Shown here: piece by piece, positions 59,178 to 64,000 of the stretch
Layout: every line of letters begins with the position of its first letter
How positions within the stretch are numbered: position 1 is the stretch's first letter
Origin: a virus
Length of the DNA stretch: 64,000 nucleotides
Virus record (IMG/VR): IMGVR_UViG_3300008735_000002
Coordinates: 55,016-119,015 of that record
Strand: one strand, 5' to 3'
Notes under the pieces: generated by a model
What the model was told of the DNA's origin: nothing
Databases searched by the model: none
What the model saw: only the letters and a program-made list of their open reading frames with translations
Position numbers and translations under genes: made by a program

Positions 59178-61717
59178 TATAGTTTAACTACCCTCTTTGA
59201 ACTTCGTGATTTCTGTTTGATCATCTTGTTAAAGCTCTTTGGTACCACGTTCGCAGATCGTATTTTTGAACGCAATTTGTAATTTAGTTTGATGGAGTGA
59301 ATTTCATAAAAATATGTCACTGAAAATCCGTCACCCCTAATAAAATGTCTAAATGAAAAATTCGCTGTTGCGGAATCTGGATGAACTGTCCCTAGCATCT
59401 GCTTACCACCGTTCCAACAAATGAACACCTGAAAATGATCGATGTCTGAAATTCTGCCAAAGTACGACCAAGAAACTAGCATGTTTGTACCGCGGTCTTC
59501 GGTACGAACTTGATGACCCTTTTGTTGGGGAATCGGAATGGCAACTTCGACTCGTGACTGCACTGTTGTACGCCCAGCCAAGAAAGGGTCTGTTGGCTCG
59601 ACTCTGCTCGGAGCTGTCATGTCATTCTGTCTGGCAGTTGATTGAAGCGTACCCTTCCTTAATGCTAAAGGATTTCGAAACTTTCCGACCTGTCTTTGAA
59701 ATTTTAACAAAGATGCGCTGTTCTCTTCAGACGTTTTAAGTTTGGGGAACATTGACTCAGCAGACCGAACCAAAGCAGTAACCTTGTATCCATATCGTAC
59801 CCCCAGCTCGAGAGGCTTAACATTGTTTGAGGCCTGGGTGGTGACATTATCTTCGAATGTACCAGCTTCATTAACACCAAAAGACTCTACTTCACCCGAA
59901 ACAAAATTTTCTCGCTCTACAAGAAAGTTAATTAGGTCCGCGAAATTTGAACGTTCGTCCTCTAAATCATTTTCGAACAAAGACTTCTGATCACCCGTTT
60001 GGAGACTTGCTTTTATCTCACCAAATCCAAAATCCGTAAATTCCGCTGATAGATCAAACGTTACAGCGGCAATCTGACTTTTTACACTAACAACAGGACT
60101 GGGCGTTGACAATTCAACTTTCTCATCATCGCCAGCTGATTCAGGAATCTCTATTAGCGCATCTGTACCTACTATTTCTTTGCCGTGTATAGTTGTTGCG
60201 ATAGGAACGTAACGGTAATCATGGCCGGTTTTCTGCGCTTGATCAATAAAAGTTACGCTATTATCTTCATCACCTACCACGAATTGCGTTTGATCCTGCG
60301 GAGATTTTCCAACGTACGAAAAACCAGCACTGGTGCCCGCTCTTTTTCTAGCAGCAGAATTTATAGTTAAATCGTACCTTCTGACCATTACCGAAACAGC
60401 ATCATCTGGAAAATCAGAAACCGTTATGCTAACTACTGCGCCGTTTTTCAAAATCGTACCGACAGCGCTTAACGCTGTAGTCTGGGGCAACTTTAGCTCT
60501 GGAAGCGGCAGAAGAATAGACGACGCAAAGTCTTCTGCAGGTCTCATATTCTCTCCGAAGCATAATGCTCTATACATCAACGGTCGTGGGCTGGCCACTT
60601 CATCCTTGAACCTGACCTCTTCATCGTCTGATGACAGGGGGGTGTCTAAAATCTCTAACCAGGAAGAGCCGCCATCTGAACCACCTGTCTCCGCAGGCCC
60701 AATTCTTCGAAACACCCTAATATGCTTTGCTTTTTTATCAATCTGCTTTACGCCTATAGAGACCTGGCCTGCCTTTATAAAGGAGGTCTCTAGTGTGGGT
60801 TCTATTCGTGGAGTTAAAAAATCATTAACGATTTTTGCATGTTGAATTATGGTCCCGACTGTCGATAATTTAACGCCCTTATCATCCTTCAGGGTAGCTC
60901 GAAGATAATAGGTGGATAACGAGCCAAGTGCTTTTTCTTGTATGACAACACGAAATTTAATCTCTTTCTTCTTAGTTGTTATCTTATACGTCTGTTCTGG
61001 TTTTTTCTTAATAGCTGGGGTAAAGAGCAAGCTCTGCGCTTTCTGGCCGAGAGCGCTTGGTAAACGTGTTATTGGCATTCTTGCAATTTGAGCAGGATCC
61101 TTTTTAGAAGAAATAAAGCTTTTTGACATCTTTCGCATCGGTACAACAGTACGTGGAGAGATAGAAGAAGATACCGCAAGGGTCGATTTAGCTGAGCTTA
61201 GAGGAGACATCGCGGTGATCCGCTTTGTAGAAGCCAACTTACTTGTTGAGATAGATTTGCTGCTCTTCTTAGTAATACCTGAACCGCCAAAACGAGAAGA
61301 AGTTTTCTTACCAGCGGCAGCCCTAGCTTTACTCTGCTTTTTTCTGCTCTTTATTAATTTGGCTAGCTTATTATTGACATACTTCGTTAGATCCAATTTC
61401 GTTCGCTTAACAATCTTTTCACGATTTTTCTTCTTCGCTTTGCGGATGGTTTTCTCTAGCGTCTTTGTGCTTCTAGTAAATGAACGTGCCGATCCTATCT
61501 TTTTGGGTTTTCTATCAAGCACCGGTGTAGGTTTCTTGGGTAGCACGTCAACAATGACAGTCAATCCATCATTATACAAGGCTTTTTCAACATCAACATC
61601 CATGGTGATTTCATAATAGAAGATACGGCCCCCTGCGTCACCACGCGCCGCTCGAAGCTTTGCGCAGTGGGAAGGGAAGCTCATAACGTCTTTTAACGTT
61701 GGTAGAATAAAGATCAT
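59177..61717 (-). CDS. Virion protein with a Lys/Ser-rich linker and Fn3/Ig-like modules
   Basis: IRVFRR...F.D...YRALC, FIDQ..KTGHDYRY, LGVRYGYKV, LVSWSY..IDHFQV. Confidence 0.55.
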   Translation of the reverse strand: MIFILPTLKDVMSFPSHCAKLRAARGDAGGRIFYYEITMDVDVEKALYNDGLTVIVDVLPKKPTPVLDRKPKKIGSARSFTRSTKTLEKTIRKAKKKNREKIVKRTKLDLTKYVNNKLAKLIKSRKKQSKARAAAGKKTSSRFGGSGITKKSSKSISTSKLASTKRITAMSPLSSAKSTLAVSSSISPRTVVPMRKMSKSFISSKKDPAQIARMPITRLPSALGQKAQSLLFTPAIKKKPEQTYKITTKKKEIKFRVVIQEKALGSLSTYYLRATLKDDKGVKLSTVGTIIQHAKIVNDFLTPRIEPTLETSFIKAGQVSIGVKQIDKKAKHIRVFRRIGPAETGGSDGGSSWLEILDTPLSSDDEEVRFKDEVASPRPLMYRALCFGENMRPAEDFASSILLPLPELKLPQTTALSAVGTILKNGAVVSITVSDFPDDAVSVMVRRYDLTINSAARKRAGTSAGFSYVGKSPQDQTQFVVGDEDNSVTFIDQAQKTGHDYRYVPIATTIHGKEIVGTDALIEIPESAGDDEKVELSTPSPVVSVKSQIAAVTFDLSAEFTDFGFGEIKASLQTGDQKSLFENDLEDERSNFADLINFLVERENFVSGEVESFGVNEAGTFEDNVTTQASNNVKPLELGVRYGYKVTALVRSAESMFPKLKTSEENSASLLKFQRQVGKFRNPLALRKGTLQSTARQNDMTAPSRVEPTDPFLAGRTTVQSRVEVAIPIPQQKGHQVRTEDRGTNMLVSWSYFGRISDIDHFQVFICWNGGKQMLGTVHPDSATANFSFRHFIRGDGFSVTYFYEIHSIKLNYKLRSKIRSANVVPKSFNKMIKQKSRSSKRVVKL

Positions 61718-62655
61718 CAGTCAAATACCACTGTAAATAGATTTAAGAACGTTGATTCGCCATCATCATCTTTAAACAACTTACCAACAAAAAACACATG
61801 CTTTCCTGGACTGTACGGATCTGCATCTTCAAATTCGCCAAAATCAATCATGCGCAATTTATTTATGCTACCACTGCAAACTTCCCATACCTGGCATACA
61901 AGATTATTATCATTGCTCGTGGCTGGGAATGTCAAGCTAATTGGGGGGCCAACGCCAGTCTCTCCGCTAGGGTCATTTGAACCAAGCTCATTCGCTAAAT
62001 CTCCGAAAGTGGTCGGCTCTGGTTGTTGTAACTTGGGGAAAACCCTTAGCTCTTTTCCAGATGTTTTATTGATCGGAGGCTTAAATTTGAAGTTTTCAAT
62101 GTGCGTTAACTTCTTATCCTGCCATAAGCTCTCAATATTAGAAAGACTAATCTGCGTTGGAACACCGGGAGAAATAGGTAGATAAGAGGTAACTAAAAAT
62201 TCACCTGTATTTTGACTTAATTCAAACCCAGAAGCATTGGAGAGAAGATCTTCTGACCGAAGAGGTCGCATCGCTGCAAACGATTCAACACAATCTGAAA
62301 TTGCTAAAGAAGCAGATGTGACTAATTCTGCACCAGATAAAGAAACACCTGCAGATCCGGATGCCATCTGTAGCTGGCCGTCAACCAAATCAAAGTCACC
62401 CGCGGGGAAAACCATACCGCCGTCTGCATCAAATTCAGGAATCACTAAATCTTGAGGCCGATTGGCGGCTTCAAAAAATATACGGTTAATGGCATCGGAA
62501 GCGACAGAAGGATCGTCTAAAGAGCTTTCATAGAACGTGCAATAGTCAGAAAATGTCGCAAACGAAAAGCGTAATTCTCCCTTTGCAATCTGCTCTCTCC
62601 CCTGCTGGGTTAAGAACGTATCCATGAACCTAGTCTTTCTGTCTAATATTCCCAT
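61717..62655 (-). CDS. Putative baseplate / fibre-attachment protein, paralog of 52835-53545
   Basis: N-terminus MGILD...DTFLTQQGREQIAKG..RFSFATFSD. Confidence 0.55.
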   Translation of the reverse strand: MGILDRKTRFMDTFLTQQGREQIAKGELRFSFATFSDYCTFYESSLDDPSVASDAINRIFFEAANRPQDLVIPEFDADGGMVFPAGDFDLVDGQLQMASGSAGVSLSGAELVTSASLAISDCVESFAAMRPLRSEDLLSNASGFELSQNTGEFLVTSYLPISPGVPTQISLSNIESLWQDKKLTHIENFKFKPPINKTSGKELRVFPKLQQPEPTTFGDLANELGSNDPSGETGVGPPISLTFPATSNDNNLVCQVWEVCSGSINKLRMIDFGEFEDADPYSPGKHVFFVGKLFKDDDGESTFLNLFTVVFD

Positions 62656-62666
62656 GGGTATAAGTA

Positions 62667-63239
62667 TTACCTTGTAGAATCATCTGCAGCAGTTGTTTGT
62701 TCGTCCTCTAGCTCGCTCTTCATATTTCTATAATCGCCTAACGTCGGGCCGGGGTGCGTACCAACTTCTCTCCTTATTGCAGACATCTTAGAGGGCTCAT
62801 TAATGTCACCAGACTCAATTCCAGCCCTTAGAGCTTCTCGAGCAATTTCTTCATTCTGACTACTATTTTCTATTTTATTCTTTGGCTCTTCTACATTTTT
62901 CTCTAATTCTGCCGATATGTGCGTTTTTAGATAATCTCTATAATATTGCTGCATTTCTTGCCATCTCGCAATCTCTGACTCCAGAGACTGCGCATCGTTT
63001 ATCCCGTTCGTCCAAATACCTTTGACTAAAGCTGGCACCTGCTCTATTATGCTTAACAATAACCTGGGTAATTCAGCTGGGTCACGATCTTCTAATTCTT
63101 TCAAAGCAGACTTCAAACTACCCTCGACTACGTTAGCATGCCAAGATCCATTAAGGAGATTATCCATTACTTCTTGCCGTTTCGCAGCTAGTCCGTCTAT
63201 CTTCTTATCCAAATTAGAAGTAAACTCATTTTCTTCCAT
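62667..63239 (-). CDS. Hypothetical helical, acidic protein
   Basis: Start placed at ATG 63239 (GGAGG RBS); TATAAT lies upstream. Confidence 0.7.
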   Translation of the reverse strand: MEENEFTSNLDKKIDGLAAKRQEVMDNLLNGSWHANVVEGSLKSALKELEDRDPAELPRLLLSIIEQVPALVKGIWTNGINDAQSLESEIARWQEMQQYYRDYLKTHISAELEKNVEEPKNKIENSSQNEEIAREALRAGIESGDINEPSKMSAIRREVGTHPGPTLGDYRNMKSELEDEQTTAADDSTR

Positions 63240-63296
63240 AACTACCTCCACATTTTACAAAAGACAATCATATTATACACGCCATATCAGATCTAT

Positions 63297-63328
63297 AAAA
63301 AAAGAGGGCCGGCAAAAAGCCGGCCCTC
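63297..63328 (-). terminator. Intrinsic terminator
   Basis: GAGGGCCGGC-N5-GCCGGCCCTC hairpin followed by T7 on the minus strand. Confidence 0.88.
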
Positions 63329-63355
63329 AGGGGATAGGTTAAAAAACCTAAAGTA

Positions 63356-64000
63356 TTATGAACGGTCGATTACTTGAACCATATCACCGGTCTGTAGTAC
63401 GAATTGGAACTGTAAGGTGTTCGCAGCAGTGATCTGATAATCGTTAGTTCCTCCGATGGAAGAAGAAACGAGAAGCTGACCATTAACGAAGACCTGACAC
63501 TTCTCAATACCGCACTCTGGAGATAGCGAAGCGTTATCACCTGACAGTTTCGCAACAGTAACGTTACTACCCGCGGCGACATTTGCAGCCAACGAGCCAG
63601 TAAAGATTGTTGCAGTTGCACCAGTAATATTACTCGCGAGAGTATTCAAAGCACTAATGACAGTATCAGAAGCAGAGAAGATACTCTTACCTCTGAAGAT
63701 AGCAAAGTCATCGTAGGACGCAAACAACATCGTCTTTGCACCCTCACCACTTGTCATCAAACCATCAGAGGAGAACGATACCGAACCCGTGAAAGCAAGA
63801 GCGTTGGGTGATGTACCCGACATTACCAAGGCTTGTCCGATCCACGTCGACTGTCCCGCGGCTGAGCCGAGGAGAATGTTTCGGGCGCCCTGCGTACCAA
63901 TGGAGATATCTTGAGCCGCATTGTCAGTGCCAATATTGATAGCTCCACCCGTAGATTCAATTCCGATAGCTCCTGCAGCATCAATCTCAATACCACCAGC
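63356..64000 (-). CDS. C-terminal part of a putative fibre/spike-like virion protein (5' end outside the window)
   Basis: The frame is open from the window edge (AGGIEIDAAGAIGIESTGGAINIGTDNAAQDISIG..., beta-strand-like repeats) to the stop at 63356. It ends VFVNGQLL...DY...LQTGDMV. Confidence 0.6.
   Translation of the reverse strand, partial: AGGIEIDAAGAIGIESTGGAINIGTDNAAQDISIGTQGARNILLGSAAGQSTWIGQALVMSGTSPNALAFTGSVSFSSDGLMTSGEGAKTMLFASYDDFAIFRGKSIFSASDTVISALNTLASNITGATATIFTGSLAANVAAGSNVTVAKLSGDNASLSPECGIEKCQVFVNGQLLVSSSIGGTNDYQITAANTLQFQFVLQTGDMVQVIDRS

Noticed and set aside
774-63342. Plus-strand ORFs in the track (e.g. 33205-33786, 54797-55426, 15020-15496, 17105-17620, 20487-20969)
   Set aside because: All are antisense to well-supported minus-strand genes, lack RBS or family motifs, and are expected shadows of codon bias.
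1-64000. Stop-codon reassignment, as seen in some jumbo phages
   Set aside because: Conserved genes are full length under the standard code, and TAA, TAG and TGA all end genes at sensible positions.
1-64000. tRNA, rRNA or CRISPR array
   Set aside because: Intergenic gaps are under about 190 nt and filled by terminators and promoters. I saw no cloverleaf or regularly spaced repeats.
49022-64000. Diversity-generating retroelement or invertible fibre cassette
   Set aside because: No reverse transcriptase, recombinase or near-identical nucleotide repeat pair was seen. The paralogy is only at the distant protein level.

Overview
This 64 kb window is a gene-dense stretch of a large (probably jumbo) tailed dsDNA myovirus-type phage. 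All credible genes lie on the minus strand and use the standard code. In transcription order (right to left) it carries: fibre/baseplate-like virion genes with Ig/Fn3-like modules; a RuvC-like resolvase, a primase and a fused Mre11/SbcD-Rad50/SbcC; a T4-like head module (large terminase, portal, prohead protease, core/scaffold, gp23-type major capsid); gp13/14/15-like neck proteins; two tandem tail sheath paralogs and one tail tube; a tail chaperone with a probable programmed frameshift; a 1790-aa tape measure; a P2/Mu-order tube-initiator, LysM and hub set; and a replication block (minimal PolA, DEDDh exonuclease, gp32-like SSB, RecA, 5'-3' exonuclease, DnaB/gp41 helicase). I found no tRNA, rRNA, CRISPR array or mobile element. 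All calls come from motif recognition by eye; no database search was run. The most unusual observations are the duplicated sheath, the -2/+1 frameshift site, an [S/T]-G-S motif enriched in virion proteins, a tail-collar-like domain apparently split across genes twice, a three-piece Pol I-like gene set, and a pseudoknotted leader RNA candidate after the capsid gene.
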